Below, piece after piece: positions 25,711-40,400 of a stretch of 64,000 nt of DNA. The position numbers were made by a program, and so were the translations under genes. The notes beneath the pieces were generated by a model. That model did no database searches, was not told the DNA's origin, and was given only the letters and a program-made list of their open reading frames with translations. How positions within the stretch are numbered: position 1 is the stretch's first letter; every line of letters begins with the position of its first letter. This DNA is from Octopus vulgaris (taxonomy: Eukaryota): positions 117,366,001-117,430,000 of the forward strand of contig OX597816.1 of assembly GCA_951406725.2 (NCBI GenBank). The letters run 5' to 3'.

Positions 25711-25858
25711 CATTGTCTGTGTGTACACGCGCGTTTGAAAATACGAAACTACTGAAGGAATTCCCACACTTAAGACTCGGGGAATTGTCGTCTGTGCGGA
25801 AAGAATCCCTGTAATGCTTGAAATATGGGACTAATTTGACGTGTTGTTGGAGTCAACA

Positions 25859-25953
25859 ATGCCCGGTTTAGTGTTGTTTAATCGTCGATGGCATATTAGT
25901 GGAGATGATTTAGTATTTCCAGGGCTGTTGGAAATTTTTACGCGGCTCGCATG
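25859..25953 (+). CDS. DAGLB: diacylglycerol lipase beta, coding exon 1
   Basis: [31 protein letters not shown](W), close to the recalled vertebrate DAGLB N-terminus MPGMVLFGRRW...DDLVFPG; GTAAAT donor, phase 2. Confidence 0.93.
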
Positions 25954-26004
25954 GTAAATTTCTTTTATCTTTTCCTTAAAATACAATTTGTGCATTAATA
26001 TGCG

Positions 26005-26005
<1 letters not shown>

Positions 26006-26040
<35 letters not shown>
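26006..26040. repeat. (TATC)n microsatellite
   Basis: Directly visible. Confidence 0.9.
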
Positions 26041-26043
<3 letters not shown>

Positions 26044-29008
26044 ATATGTAGGTATGTAGTTATGTATGTACTGCTTTGTTTATAATTACATAGGAATATG
26101 AAAACATTATACATAACCAATTTCTATCAGACGTCATCAAACTCGAAAAACAAGACACGTACAGGTATTTCAGAAGAATACCTGTCTTTTTATTCCTTCA
26201 TCCAAAAAAGGAGGAATGAAAAATGGGCTGTGAAATTTCTTTAAAATCTCTTTCTCTCTCAATATTTTTGAACCCCAAACTATAAATCTTATCCCAAATC
26301 ATATGTATTTTATTTATCTATTTTTAAAATGAAAAATGCGTTCTTATTCATTAAAAAAGGGAACGTTTTAATTATTTAAACAGTATCCAAGTATTCCAGT
26401 AGAATAATTTAATTATCCTAAAAAAGAATAAATTAAGGAATGTTTCTAATGAGTGTGTGTGTACACGGAAGCTAATAATGTCATTTACTTTCGATATATA
26501 TATGAGAGAGAGAGAGGGGCGGGGATGAAGAGAAATGGAGATGGTAGAACTCTATTTCAGTTTGTCCCACTGAAAATACTTTTTGAAATGTTTTAAAATT
26601 ACGTGAAATAACCTATAAAGTATACAAGTAGAACAGAAACAAAACTGAAACACTTTAAAATGTCACTTTAAATTGAGTTGATAATAGCAAGAAATGACTG
26701 AATGCTTTTAACAGTTTCTAAAATTTAGTTTCCTTGTTTTTCTAGTTCAAACCCTGCATTGCTGAGTTAGTCTTTATTTCCCTCTTGAGTCAATGAAATA
26801 GTATTAGTACTGCACAGCAGTAAATTCAGCTAGCTGTTTTTTGAGCAGCATGGGAGCCTCTTATTGATTGTTTTATCTTCTAGAAATAACAGCAAAATCT
26901 CCTTCGTGTAAGTACCTGATCATGGGAAGGGAGGGCACATTAGATAATGTAAGCATTGGCACACTATGCTTTGGGGGAAAAAGGACATGTTGGTTACATC
27001 TGGAATGCCTTTTGACTCAATTGCTTGACTTGTTTAAAATCATCATCATCATCGTTTAACGTCCGCTTTCCATGCTAGCATGGGTTGGACGATTTTGACT
27101 GAGGGCTGGCGAACCAGATGGCTGCACCAGGCACCAATCTTGATTTGGCAGAATTTCTACAGCTGGATGCCCTTCTTAACACCAACCACTCAGAGAGTGA
27201 GGTGGGTGCTTTTTGCCAGTCAGGCGGTACTGGCAACGACCTCGCTTGAATCCTTTTACACATGCCACCAGCACAGGTGCCAGTAGGGCGACTTTGGTAA
27301 TGATCACGCTCGAATGGTGCCCTTTTACGTGCCACTGGCATGGAAGCCAGTTGGCTGCTCTGGCAACGATCACGCTCAGATGGTGCTCTTGGCACCCTTC
27401 TAGCACGGGCACAAGTGCCAGTAGGGCGATGCTGGTAACGATCATGCTCGAATGGTGCCCTTTAAGTGCCACTGGCACGGAAGCCGAGACTAAAATCTTT
27501 GAACTCTTGTCCTTAAATAGAGAAGGTTACATGAGGTAATGTGATCTATGTTATACAGAAAGGAAGGATGATCATAACTTGAGCTTTCACCGTTGGTCTG
27601 CTCACTCAGAGAGAACTTAGAACCAAAAAAAGAAAAAAAAAGTAAAGAAAAGTCTACCTCTTGGTTTGTGCCTAGTCAAATAAATAGGGCAATATTTTCT
27701 TTTGATTTAATGCAAGGGTTTTCCTCCCATCATAATGAGAGGGTGTATAGTTAAGTGAATTGATTCTAGTATATTACAGAAATTTATATTATTCATCCTG
27801 GGCTAAAAGGTTAAGTTAACAACAGTGGAATTTGAACCCAGAAACTTTTTAAAAGATTCCCACATTCTTGCCTTGATATATAATAATGCATTTCTAAAAG
27901 CCTAAAAAGTAATCATTTTGTAGAATAGGTTGAATGATGGTCTGAGTGTCTTAAAGTATTTAATTACTTTTAGTGTTCAGTATTCTAGGATTGCTGTGTT
28001 TCCTTTATCCTCTAAAACATTCCAGCTATGACAATCCCATTTTTTAGGTGTGTCTAGGATTAAATTATGTAAAGTGTTCTCTCTTTTTTTCAAAATGACA
28101 TGATTTCATTCAAGGGAGTCTTGATTGGTGTTTCTAGCAAGTTAACTACTTAAAGTCTTGGTCATTGGCTCATTCTTCCAGGGTTGATAAAATAAGTTCT
28201 GGTCATATATGTAACAGACTGATTCAAGCAAGTATATTCCATTCCATGCAACTAATATCCTTAACAGTGTTAATTTGTATTCTATCAATTTCTTACATAT
28301 GTTTAAGGGCTTAAATTCATAAGGTAGAAAAGATGATATAGTGTGACTGTTTATTCTTAAAAGCATTAGTAATTATTTAGTGTAAGGTGGAAATGAAGTT
28401 CCCTATACATTTGCATGGTCTTCAAGTCAATCTGGGTAATATTCTACAATAGCTTTTCAATCTGGGTAATATTCTACAATGCTTCAGATGGGTATAGGTC
28501 TGAAAATGAATAATTAGGTCGTGTTTTATATATGACTCTTCGCAGGTATGCAAGGATAAGAGGAAAAACTAGTATATGGGCTTGGACAGGAATGGTATAC
28601 AAATTGGTGATTGGAGCAGGAACCCTTGTAGTAGATGAAACTGAGGGCAATTACAGTGAATTTATAGACTAGTGGTTGTAGTGTGTTGGTAAATGAAAAT
28701 TGACTATCAGTCAGTCAGCCATTTTTTGGATGTGGTTTAAATTGTCGGTGTGAGTAACAGTTGCATTCTCCCTGAGTTGAGAGCAATATTGTAACATGAG
28801 GTGCATTTGTACTTTTTAGAAAGTGAACAATTGTTCATGCTTGAAATACTTTTTGGGCTGCCATGAAAGCTCAAGATTTTAAGGTTTAGCATTTGTAGTA
28901 ATGACTAGGAATAGAACCTTGGTTGCTAAGTAGTTTTCACAGATTATCTTTTACTCTTTCTTGTGTAATTTCAACACTGTACTGGGAGCCTTTATATGGA
29001 CTCTAGAT

Positions 29009-29392
29009 CAGTGCTACTCAAACTGGTGGCCCACTGACTGTGGCCAGTCTGTGAGCCATCAGCTGCCGATATGCAGTGAGTTTCCAGAAAAGAAACATTC
29101 TAAAATGCTTACGTGACATTAACTGGTGGCCCGCTGACTGTGGCCAGTCTGTGAGCCATCAGCTGCCGATATGCAGTGAGTTTCCAGAAAAGAAACATTA
29201 TAAAATGCTTACGTGACATTGTACTATTTGTTTACAAAATATATATAAGATAAAAAAATTGTCAACTTTTATTATATTCATTGTATATATTGTTTCCAGT
29301 TTAAATTAATATTACTAGGAAATATTACTGGTCCCTGGTACACTGGAAAAAAAACTGCCGGTACACCATATCAGATACTTTGGGAAGCACTG
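29009..29392. mobile_element. Charlie-type hAT MITE with an internal 100-bp tandem duplication (29021-29120, 29121-29220)
   Basis: TIRs CAGTGCTACTCAAA / TTTGGGAAGCACTG; TSD CTCTAGAT / CTCTGGAC. Confidence 0.8.
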
Positions 29393-29546
29393 CTCTGGAC
29401 AAGCTAGAAATAGTTGCTTCAAATTATACACTCCCATCCTGCAAAGGAGTTACATAGTTGATATCGTTCTTGATGTTCAATGCTCGAGAGAAGGATGGAT
29501 GATCATAGTTGGAATGCTTTTAGTCACAGGTCTTCTCAGTCGGTGT

Positions 29547-29841
29547 TTCTTTTCAAGGCCTGAAATTTTTGAGGAGGGGGCCAGTCAATTAGAATGAGCA
29601 AGGCCTGAAAGTTTTGGGGATGGGGCCAGTCGATTAGATCAACCAAGGCCTGAAATTTTTGGGGAGTGGGGGGCCAGTTGATTAGATTGACCCCAGTATG
29701 CAGCTGGTACTTAATTTATCGACCCTGAAAGGATGAAAGGCAAAGTTGACATCGGTGGAGTTTGAACTCAGAACGTAAAGACAGATGAAATACCGTGAAG
29801 CATTTCACCCAGTGTGCTAATGTTTCTGCCAATTTGCCGCC
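29547..29841 (-). mobile_element. tRNA-derived SINE with triplicated 3' segment
   Basis: CAAGGCCTGAAA...GGGGCCAGT...ATTAGA three times; flanking CTTCTCAGT direct repeat. Confidence 0.8.
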
Positions 29842-29877
29842 TTCTCAGTTGATGTGGTGTTAAATAACAACAATACA

Positions 29878-30793
29878 TCTATATATATAAAACTGTAGTT
29901 GTGTGAGTGTCTGTCTCCTACGATTTAGATTCCTAACTACTCCCACATTTTGCGGTGCAGTTTAACCAAATTCAGGTATCTTATAGTCGTGATTCATATC
30001 GAGCCCATCTGGGTATTAGCACGCGTCTACGATGAGTCTACGATTTAAAAAATAATTTAACATAATTTTTTATTCCATTTTAATGCATATTTTTTCGTGT
30101 GTCAATGGCGGCGGAGTTGGCGTCCACGCTCACACCTGCACATGTGTTGCTTCTCCCACTTCTTCCCTCCCTCGTGAAGCTGTGGGGAAGGGAGTGTAAG
30201 GAAATCAACGTCGTAATGCGTTGTCAAGTAGACCAGCGTTCTTTTAGAACAACGACTTCATGGCTTGAAGTCGCCAAAACAGAAATCGCTAAAGAAGCTG
30301 AAACAGATCCACAAAAACAGCAATTACCGCCACACAGGGCAGGTTTCCTGTGCAAACAATTTGCACAACTGAATGTTTTAGTTGTTGCACAAATCTTTAT
30401 ATATAAAAGTAAGGTTGTGTGTCTGTCTCCTATGATTTAGATTCCTAACTACTCCCACATTTTGCGGTGCAGTGTAACCAAAACCGGGTATCTTATAGTC
30501 GTGATTCATATCGAGCCCTTCTGGGTATTAGCGCGCGTCTGCGATGAGTCTACGATTTAAAAAAAAATTTACCATCATTTTTTATTCCATTTTAATGCAT
30601 TTTTCGGTATTATATAAAGGAAGTAACTCTCTAAAAATGTCTACGATGAGTCAACGATTTAAAAAAAAAAATTACCATCATTTTTTATTCCATTTTTAAT
30701 GCATTTTTTGCTATTTTTTTGCTATAACTCACTAAAAATGCTTATATAGTTATTTCCCTTACAAACCTGAGCAACTCCGGGCGATACTGCTAG
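29878..30793 (+). mobile_element. composite non-autonomous Helitron (second 5' end at 30394)
   Basis: A|TCTATATATATAAAA...CTAG|T; same family as 24131-24643; internal TCTTTATATATAAAA restart. Confidence 0.85.
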
Positions 30794-32028
30794 TTTGATA
30801 TGAAATAGTAGTTTGATATATTTTATTTCAACTCATGGTTTATTATTTCAGTTGGTTCTAAATAATGCATTTCTAACTTATTTATTCTAGCTAACATTCT
30901 AGTTCAGCTATGCTATTTATTTGAAAAATTTTTTTATCAAGATAAAATTGAAGTGGTTGTTTTAAGTTTGTATAGTTGTGCAACAGGATATAAACAACAG
31001 TAGTTTCTAGTATTTACTTTAATCTTTTTTTTTTTACTGAGAATTAAAGCTTATTGCTGAAAAACAACAATGGATATTGAAAGTATTTATTCTTATGCTT
31101 AAATAAAAAAAAAAAAAAATTTAGATTGTGATTTTGATGGAATTTTTATTTGGATATAGAGATACATGTAATTGGCTTAATTTAAAATATTTAGGCTCAA
31201 GACATTTAGCTTCATTTACAATTCTGTACTTTAATGACAAGAACTTGTAAAGTTGCAGCAATAGAATTTGTAGTATTGGTTGTTAAACTACATTTGTAAT
31301 GTGATGACTATTAGTAAAATCAAATATCTCTTATTAAAAGAAGTTGTGTACAGGCACTATGTGAAAGCAATTGTATTTAATATTGAGTACTAGGCACAGA
31401 AAAATATAAATTGCTTCCAAAAATACTGTTTCCATTTCAAATTTATTCCTCTCTTTGCTGAGGAAGGGAATAAATTTGGAATAAAAATAAATTATATCAT
31501 GAATATGGCATTATTTCATAAAGAAAAACTTTTGTAAAAATACTATTTAAGTTTTTAAGATTTAAGAATTTGGTTTCAGCATCTCTTACTTTTTGGTATC
31601 TCTGGTTCATACTGATGGTGATAACATTATTGTTCTCTACTTAGACTATCAAATCCAGTTGATGAAATAAAGATTCCAGAAGCAGTGTCTCTAGTTAAGG
31701 AATACCACTTGAAGATGATTGGAGAGAATACTGTATAAAGATTACCAACAATATTTCCATAATTGGTAAAAATAGTCCTAAAAACTGATGTCACTACAAA
31801 CCCATCTCAGACTAAAAGAATAGAGACTATTGAAGTGTATCTAATTGTTCAGCCTACCTGTTTTATTACACACAGTAAACTTTTGTTATTAGCCAGTTTT
31901 AGGTAGCAGTTGGTCACAGGAAAGAGCTCATAGCAAATTATGACTGATTTTATTGTACCTTTTTGATAATTTGTGCATTTCTGTGAAAAGTAAAACTGAT
32001 CACTTTTATTTTTACTTTTGTTATTTAG

Positions 32029-32276
32029 GTTAATTGCTATAATTGTGGTTTTTAATCACCACAAAGAAGCTTTCAGTTGCAATGATGGCCATTTGTTATG
32101 GACTTATTACATTGGAGTTATCACTCTTCTTTCAATCAGCATTGTTCTGACAATTGGTATAATCAGTATAAGCATGAAAGGGAGCATTACCAACACATTT
32201 CCTCGAAGAAAGCTACCATATTTTCTCTACTTAAAAGTTCTCCTTGGAATGCCTGAACTTATCTGGAATGTACTTG
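32029..32276 (+). CDS. DAGLB: DAGLB coding exon 2 (TM1-TM3)
   Basis: LIAIIVVFNHHKEAFSCNDGHLL...SMKGSITNTFPRRKLPYFLYLKVLLGMPELIWNVL; AG/GT, phase 2 to 1. Confidence 0.92.
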
Positions 32277-35200
32277 GTAAATATTTAATTTGTTTTATTG
32301 GATTAATTGAATAAATTGTGTGTATATAAATGCATATCATCATCATCATTGCTTTTAATGTCCACCTAAAAGTGAGGCCCAGTGTCTGACGATCCTTTCT
32401 CACCTCTGGGATGAAGTAGTGAGAAAGGATCTTCAGATACTGAGCCTCACTGAGGAGATCACAAGGGATCAAGGCCTCTGGTGATTTGTTGTAATTGAGA
32501 TGACATGTCAAGCAATTAAAATCGTAGCCATCCATACATACAGGCATGTCCTTTGTGGCCATGCCTCCACTCCTCCCAAATGAGAGGTCTTTGTCTTGCA
32601 GGTGCTGGTGCTACATGAAGTGCATTTGTGTTAGTGTCACATAAAATGCACTTGTGCTTACTGGCACTCTATTGGTTATGACGATGAGTGCTCTAGTTGA
32701 TCTGATCAATAGAACAACTTACTCGTGAAATTAACATGCAAGTGGCTGAGCATTCCTCACACACAAATAACCTTCATTTAGTTCTCAAGGAGATTCAACG
32801 TGACACAGAATGTGACAATGTTGGCCCTTTGAACTATAGGTACAACTCATTTTTGCCAGCTGAGTGAATTGGTGCAACATGAAATAAAGTGTCAATGAAT
32901 CGACCCTAGTACTTATTTATCTAAGCTTGGTATTTATGCTATTGGTCTCTTTTGCCAAACTTCTAACTTATGGGGATATAAACACACCAACATCAGTTGT
33001 CAAGCAGTGGTAGGACACAAGCACAAAGACACATGCAAAGATATGTGGCCGATCCGACTCGTGGCCGATGCCAGCACCGCCTCGACTGGCTTCCGTGCCG
33101 GTGGCACATAAAATACACCAATCTGACCGTGGCCGTTGCCAGCCCCGCCTGGCACCTGTGCAGGTGGCACGTAAAAAGCACCCACTACACTCACGGAGTG
33201 GTTGGCGTTAGGAAGGGCATCCAGCTGTAGAAACATTGCCAGATTAGACTGGAGCCTGGTGCAGCCTTCTGGCTTCCCAGAACCCCGGTCGAACCGTCCA
33301 ACCCATGCTAGCATGGAGAACGGACGTTAAACGATGACGATAATGATATCATCATTGTGAAGATAATGATGATTACACATATACACATACACACACATAC
33401 ATACATATATATATATATATGATAGACTTCTTTCAGCTTCCATCTACCAAATCCACTCACAAGGCTTTGTTCAGTTTGTAGCTATCGAAGACACTTGCCC
33501 AAGGTGCTGCACAGTGGGACTGAACCTGGAACCACGTGGTTGGGAAGCAAGCTTCTTACGATAGAGCCAATCCTGCACCTATGCATACACATATATATAT
33601 ATGCTGGACTTGGTTTCTGTCTACCAAATCCACTCACAAGGTTTTGGTTGGCTTGGGACTATAGCAAAGAATATTTGCCCACAATAATTACCATTCAGTG
33701 AGACTGATCCTGAAACCACATAATTAAGAAGTGAACTTATTAACAATGTGGCAACCATTCTTGTACCTATCAGTCATGCCTGTGCTTGTTGGCCTTGCCT
33801 GGGATTGTTGTGTATGCTTGGGATTGTTGGCCATGCTTGAACTTTGCACTGTATATATATGTGTGTGTGTGTGTGTTTTTACTTTCTTCTACTGTACTTG
33901 AAGCTTAATGTCAGCTCTGATCAAGCAGACCTATGGAAAAGAGCATTCTAGCTGTGATCATCCTGTTTTTGTTTTTCTTTCAGCCACAGTATATTGAGGA
34001 CTATTTTATACAATGCGCCTTTCCATTTCTTAATGCAATATGGTATGATTTAAAGTGGGTTTGGTTGCTGTTGCTGGCAGATTGAGCAACCACATAGACA
34101 CTCTCTTGATTTGTTTGTTTTATGAGTTAAACAGAAGATAGGCAGTCCTCATAATCTTTGCAGATGACATTCAGATTGAATGTTTGTAGGAAAAATATGG
34201 ATTTCAGGAAACTCTAGTTGATTGCAATTGTGGGGAAGGAGGACAGGAAAAAATATTTAGTGCAGGGCCTGCAAGGTGTGAGTGATGGGGGAGAGAAAAG
34301 AGACAAGAGATTCTAGATGGGGAAACGCAGCTAACAAGTTCAGGATTGTAGAGGTACTGCAATCATTGAGCCAGTGGTTGCAGTATGTTGATAAGTGAAT
34401 CCTTGCCAATTAGCCAAATAGCATTCTTTGATATCTGGTTTAGGATGTATGTGTATGTCTGTGTCCTTTTAAAATAGGATTGAAGAAAGGGGTTGAGTTT
34501 AGTGAGTTTAGTGAAACTGAATTTCAGATCTAGCTTTAAAATATATTGTTTAAAGATGATGGATAATTTGGCATTAGGACTGGTTGGAACAATTAGAGGA
34601 TTTTTTGTACATGGCAGCTGCAAATGTAGTGCTAATAGAGACATCTTGGTTGACAAGTAATGTGTATTCTGTCAATTTGGAGACACTCTTGGCAAGTGAT
34701 CAGATATTATCGCTTCCATTTGATTGGCAAGAAAGCTTGAAGGCATTCTTTATTTTTTTGATGAGGCATTGTGGTAGTGAATAATTAGCCTCCCTCACCC
34801 TGTCGTCATCATTGCTGTCATCATCATCATTTTGCACTCACTATTTCTGATGGCAAGAATTGGATGGATCATCATGTCCAAGTTAATCTTTATTCAGAGT
34901 TACTGGCTTCTGATGGTAAAAAAGGATGACTGATGTCAATGATGATTGACTTGTGGGAAAGGGAGTGATGGTTAGCTTTACAGAAAGGTGATGGTAAGGA
35001 TGTATCAGCTATGGAGAGATCTGATACAATCCATTATTATGCAGGCATCATGATGTGAGATAGAGATAGTGGTAGGGAATGATCCGATGCCATCCCTTGC
35101 TATACAAGAGGTGTGGTATAGTGTCTTGGAGAGAGACTATGTGATAAGGAGATAAGAGAGTATTAAATAACAAGCAGATGAAGACTTAAGAGCATATTGT

Positions 35201-35837
35201 GTGAGAGACTGAAATGTAAATATATTTTAGATATATATGAAATGTAAATGTATTATAGATCACAGCCTGCATCACTATCACCATTTTAACATTTGTTTCG
35301 CCATGCTTGCATGTGAGGGCAAGTACTAGAGTACTATGAGTTGCAAGTCTTTGCAGTCATTTGTCATGTCCTTTGTATCTTTTACTTGTTTCAGTCATTT
35401 GACTGTGGCCATGCTGGGGCACCACCTTGAGCAGTTTCAGTCAAACAAATCAACCCCCAGCCCTTTTTTTAAAGCTTGGTACTTATTCTATCGGTCACTT
35501 TTGCTGAACTGTTAAATTATGGGGATGTAAACACACTAATACTTATTATCAAGTAGTGATCGAAGACAAATACAGGCACAAAGTAATACATACACATTCT
35601 TTTATTCTTTTATTTGTTTCAGTCATTTGACTGTGGCCATACTAGGGCACTGCCTTTAGTCGAACAAACTGACCCCAGTCCTGGGGTCAATTGTATATGT
35701 GTGGGCATACTCATAGCTGAGAAATGTGTGGATAAGGTCATAGACAAGTGACTGAACCTGTGGACTTCTTTGCCACCTCACTCTAAGACCCTTTGATTCT
35801 AGACCTTGTTTCCACACCTAAAATATATATATATATA

Positions 35838-38520
35838 ATCATCATCATTGTTTAACGACTGCTTTCCATGCTAGCATGGGTTGGACGATTTGACTGAGGA
35901 CTGGCAAACCAGATGGCTGTACCAGGCTCCAATCTGATCTGGCGGAGTTTCTGCAGCTGGATGCCCTTCCTAACACCAACCACTCCGAGAGTGTAGTGGG
36001 TCTACCTCTTCCACAGGTTCCCTCAACCACTAGGGTGTGGCACTTTTTCACACAGATATCCTCATCCATTCTTGCCACATGACCATACCAGCACAGTCAT
36101 CTCTCTTGCACACCACATCTAATGCTTCTTAGGTCCAACTTTTCTCTCAAGGTACTTACACTCTGTTGAGTATGCACAGTGACATTACACGTCTATCAGA
36201 GCATATTGGCTTCATTCCTTGTGAGCTTACGCATGTCCTCAGCAGTCATGGTCCATGTTTCACTGCAATGTAGCATAGTTGTTTGTACGCATGCCTCATA
36301 CAGTCTACCTTTTACTCTGAGCAAGAGGTTCTTTGTCACCAGCAGAGGTAAGAGCTCTCTGTACTTTGCCCAGGCTATTCTTATTCTAGCAGCTACACTT
36401 TCAGTGCACCCTCCCCTGCTACTGACTTGGTCACCTAGGTAACGGAAGCTATCAACAACTTGTAGTTTTCCTCCCTGGAATGTGGTGGAAGTTGTTCTCT
36501 GCACATTTCCAGTGTTTATTGCTCCTGAGCATCTGCCACATACAAAAACTATCTTCCCAGTTAGCCTCCTTTTGATATTGCTGTACCTCTTATGAGTCCA
36601 TGGCTTACACTGGGTACATTTTATGGAGTTTCTACCTATGCCTTTTCTACAGATCGAGCAGGGCCATCTACCTGAAGGGATTTGTAGTTTGTCTGCCTTC
36701 CTACTTATTAGGACTTTGGTTTTAGCTAGGTTGACTCTAAGGACCTTCGATTCTAATCCTTGTTTCCACACCTGAAACTTCTCCTCTAGTTCTGATAGTG
36801 ACTCAGCAATTAGAGCAAAGTCGTCAGCATAGAGGAGCACCCATGGGTATCCTCTTTTGAATTCCTCTCTTATTGCTTGGAGGACTATGATAAATAGGAG
36901 GGGACTGAGAACTGAACCTTGGTGGACCCCTACATCTATCCAGAATTCTTCACTGTACTCATTGCCAACCCTCACCTTACTGACAGAATCCCTTGCACAG
37001 CTCTCACTAACCATTCATCTATCCCTAGTTTCCTCATTGACCACCAAGTAAGTGATTGGGGGACCCTATCAAAGGTTTACTCCATGTCAACGAAAGCCAG
37101 GTACAGAGATTTGTCTTTGGTTAGGTATTTCTCCTGCAGCAGTCTTACCAGAAATATAGCATTGGTGGTGCTTTTCCCTGGCACAAACCCAAACTGCATC
37201 TCATCTAAACTGACTCTCTCCCTAATTAGTTGGGCTATGACTCTTTCTGGGACCTTCATTACTTGATCCAACAACTTGATACCTCTGTAATTATTTGTAT
37301 CTAGTAGTTGACTATGGTGTTGCTACATCAGTCATTGGGTATAGCTCCTTTGTGTATCACCTGGTTAACTATACAGGTGACTAGGCTACAGCCAACACTG
37401 CCAGATATTTTGAGCATCTCTGCAGTGATTCCTGATGGGCTGGGGGGAGGGGGGCTTTCCTTGTCTTCATACTCTTAATTGCTTTATCTACCAAGGTACT
37501 GTCAACTTGGATAGCTGGTCCCTCTGTTGGGTCGACATTTGGCAGACTCTCTTTCTCCCATTCATTTTCTTTATTGGGCAACCTTTCATAGTGGCATCTC
37601 TAAAGCTCTCTCTTTGCAGCCTTGTTTAGTGCAAGTGAACCATCATCCATGCGGACACATTTCTCTTCTACAACATCATGATTCTCTCTCACACACTGTC
37701 TTGCAACACAAAATACCTCAAGTCTTTAGTCCTCACGGCACAGAACATTGGCAAATTTTTTCTTATTTGCTTCTCCTCTGGCTAAATAAACCTGTCTCCT
37801 AGCTTCCCTTCTGGCAGTCTGATACAATTCCCTGCTACCACCGTTCTTCCAATCCTTCCAAGCCTGTTTCTTTTCTCTAATAGCCCTGTCAACAACATTA
37901 TTCCACCACCACGTTATTTTGGGTCGAGAGGGACTTTGCATCATCCACAGATCTGGTCAATGGCCTTCAGCAGGTTGTCCCATAGAAACCTCCAGTTGTC
38001 TTCTACATCATGTGAAGCTATATCCTCTTCTATTTTTTCAAAGGCTTCGAGTAATGTGTCTCTAAATCCCTGTCCATTCACAGAATCTTTAAGCTTCCAG
38101 ACCCTTCTCCTCCATGCTGGTCGTCTTCTGGGCATTCAGTTAGCCCTGATCCTGAAGTCACTAACTATCAGTCTATGTTGTGGGGGTACATTCTTCGCCT
38201 GGGAAGGTTTTGGCATTTATAAGCAGCCATCTTTCCCTTTTTCTGGCGATGATGTAGTCAATTTGGCTAGTGTGTCTGCTTGAACGGTGGGTGACTGGCA
38301 GGTTTCCTGAAGTTAGCATTGCAAACAATAAGATCATTTGCTTGGTTGAACTTCAGCAGCATGGTTCCCTCCTCATTGTAGGAACCAAAACTGTAGCCTC
38401 CATGTATGCCATGGAAGCCACCTGTATGTTGTCCAACATGTCCATTGAAGTCACCTGCCACAAAGAGAAGGTCCCTGTCATTCGCCAATGAGGTAGTCTG
38501 CAAGAGGGTATCTTAGAATC
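35838..38520 (-). mobile_element. RTE-clade LINE, 5'-truncated and frameshifted
   Basis: APE motif VAGDFNGHVG; RT motifs QFGFVPG, YLAFVD, GVHQGSVLSPLLF, LLYADD, FRYLG; GRGRP C-terminus; (CAT)n tail. Confidence 0.92.
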
Positions 38521-38999
38521 TTTCAGTTTCCATTTACCTAATCTGCTCACAAAGCTTTGGTTGGCATGAGGTTATAGTAGAAGACACTTACCCAAGGTGT
38601 CATGCAATGGGACTCAACCCAGATGCATTTGGTTGGGAAGCAAGCTTCTTACCACACAGCCACACCTGCACCTATCTTAACATCTTGATATTCAGCTTCA
38701 CCACTTCATCCCATATTGTCCTAGATGTCTTTCACAGGGTTCTATCCACTTTGAGTGTTCATAAGTTCTTTATATAGTTGTCATACTCTATATGCATCAC
38801 ATGCCCACCCCAGTGCTGTCCTTTGTATAGTTTTCTCTCAGGTTATATTTATTCTGTCATTCATATACACTAGTATTACAGATTCAGTGAAGTTTGCTAA
38901 CTTCATTTTATTCTTGCCTTTCAAAATATTTTGCATTCAAGATTCATATTTCACTAACATGCAACATTATACTTGATATACAAATTATAAACAATCTGC

Positions 39000-40400
39000 T
39001 TTTCACAGAGATAGAATTCCTTTGTTGTCAGCAGAAGTAGTAGCTCCTTGAACTTTCATGGCCTTGTTTTTACTCTTCTGCTCTCACTATTCTGAATATC
39101 TACCTCTGCTGCTAATTAGATCATATCAGTAAGAAAAGCTAGCAACTACTTTTAGAGTCTCCAGAACAGTTGAAAGAATTTATTTCACATGTATTCTTAC
39201 TACTGACTATGCCTGTGCTTCTGCCACATAAGAAACCTATTGTCAGCTGGAATTTCTACCCACTCCTTTTCTGCTTGTTAAATATATGGCCATTTCCCTT
39301 ATGGTAGCAGAGTCCTGTCTTCTTTTCTACTTAAGTCTTTGATAAGTTTTCTTTTGAAGCTTCTTGATTTTAAGTGTTTAAATCAGGAATTTCTTTCCTG
39401 AATAGTCTTAAGATACTACCATAAGAACCAGGTCATCATCATACAGGAGCATCCACAGGTAGCTAATCTTAAACTCCTCAGTTATAGTCAGTAAGATTAT
39501 GATAATCAGGAGAGCCTGTGAGCTGAACCCTAATGGACCCTACCTGTATGGTAAATTCATCACTGAACTCTTTACTAACTTTCATCTTGCTGGTGGTGCC
39601 TCTGTAAATGGCTTCTGTGACCCTCTTAAATCATTAATTTATTCTTAGCATACTTGGCAACCACTAGATTACAGAGCATGGGAGGCCTTCTTCAGATCAA
39701 CAAAAGCTAGGTACAAAGTCTTATGCCAAGTTAAGTACTTCTGCAGTTGCCTCACTAGGATGATGATAATGCTAATATCTCTTGCAGCACTCATCTAGGC
39801 CAATTCTCTTCCAAATCAATTGTGCAATAGCTCTTTTAATAACTTTCATAACTTGGTCAACAATTTAGTACCTCTACAATTACCTGTCCTAAGTGTTTCT
39901 TTGCTCTTATAGTAGTTAACTATCCTATTGTGCCAGTTATTAGACATGACACCTTCCTGCACTATTGTATTGGGCATTGTACTACTGATTGAGTATGTGA
40001 GCGACTAGTACATACCAAATATTTAAAGCATCTCTTTGACTTTTCCTGACAGACCAGCTGCCTTCCTTACTTTTATTTCTTTAATTGTTATTGTTATTAA
40101 TACTGCTTGTCATCTTGTTGTTATCAACTTGCGTGGTTGGTCTCTTTGTTCGGTCTACTTGGGAAAAAAATCCTTTTTCTCCTATCAATTTTTCTCATCC
40201 AATAATTTCTTGTAATACTGATTTCACATCCCTTACTTTTTGGTGTCATCAAAATCAAGTGCCATTATACTTCTTTATACACTTCCTCCTAATGATATCT
40301 CAGTTTTATCTTGTGCACTACCTTCCATCCTGGAATACTTCACACTTCTGATCTTCATGCTACAGAAAATTAGTAAACTTCTTATTTTTAGCTTCTCGCA
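39000..40400 (-). mobile_element. older degraded RTE LINE
   Basis: Colinear similarity to the 36500-37700 RT region (LLY.DD at about 39430-39450, YLAFVDL at about 39690-39715). Confidence 0.6.

Noticed and set aside
27230-27480. About 60-bp repeats with variable spacers
   Set aside because: Internal tandem repeats of the RTE/SINE 3' region, not CRISPR
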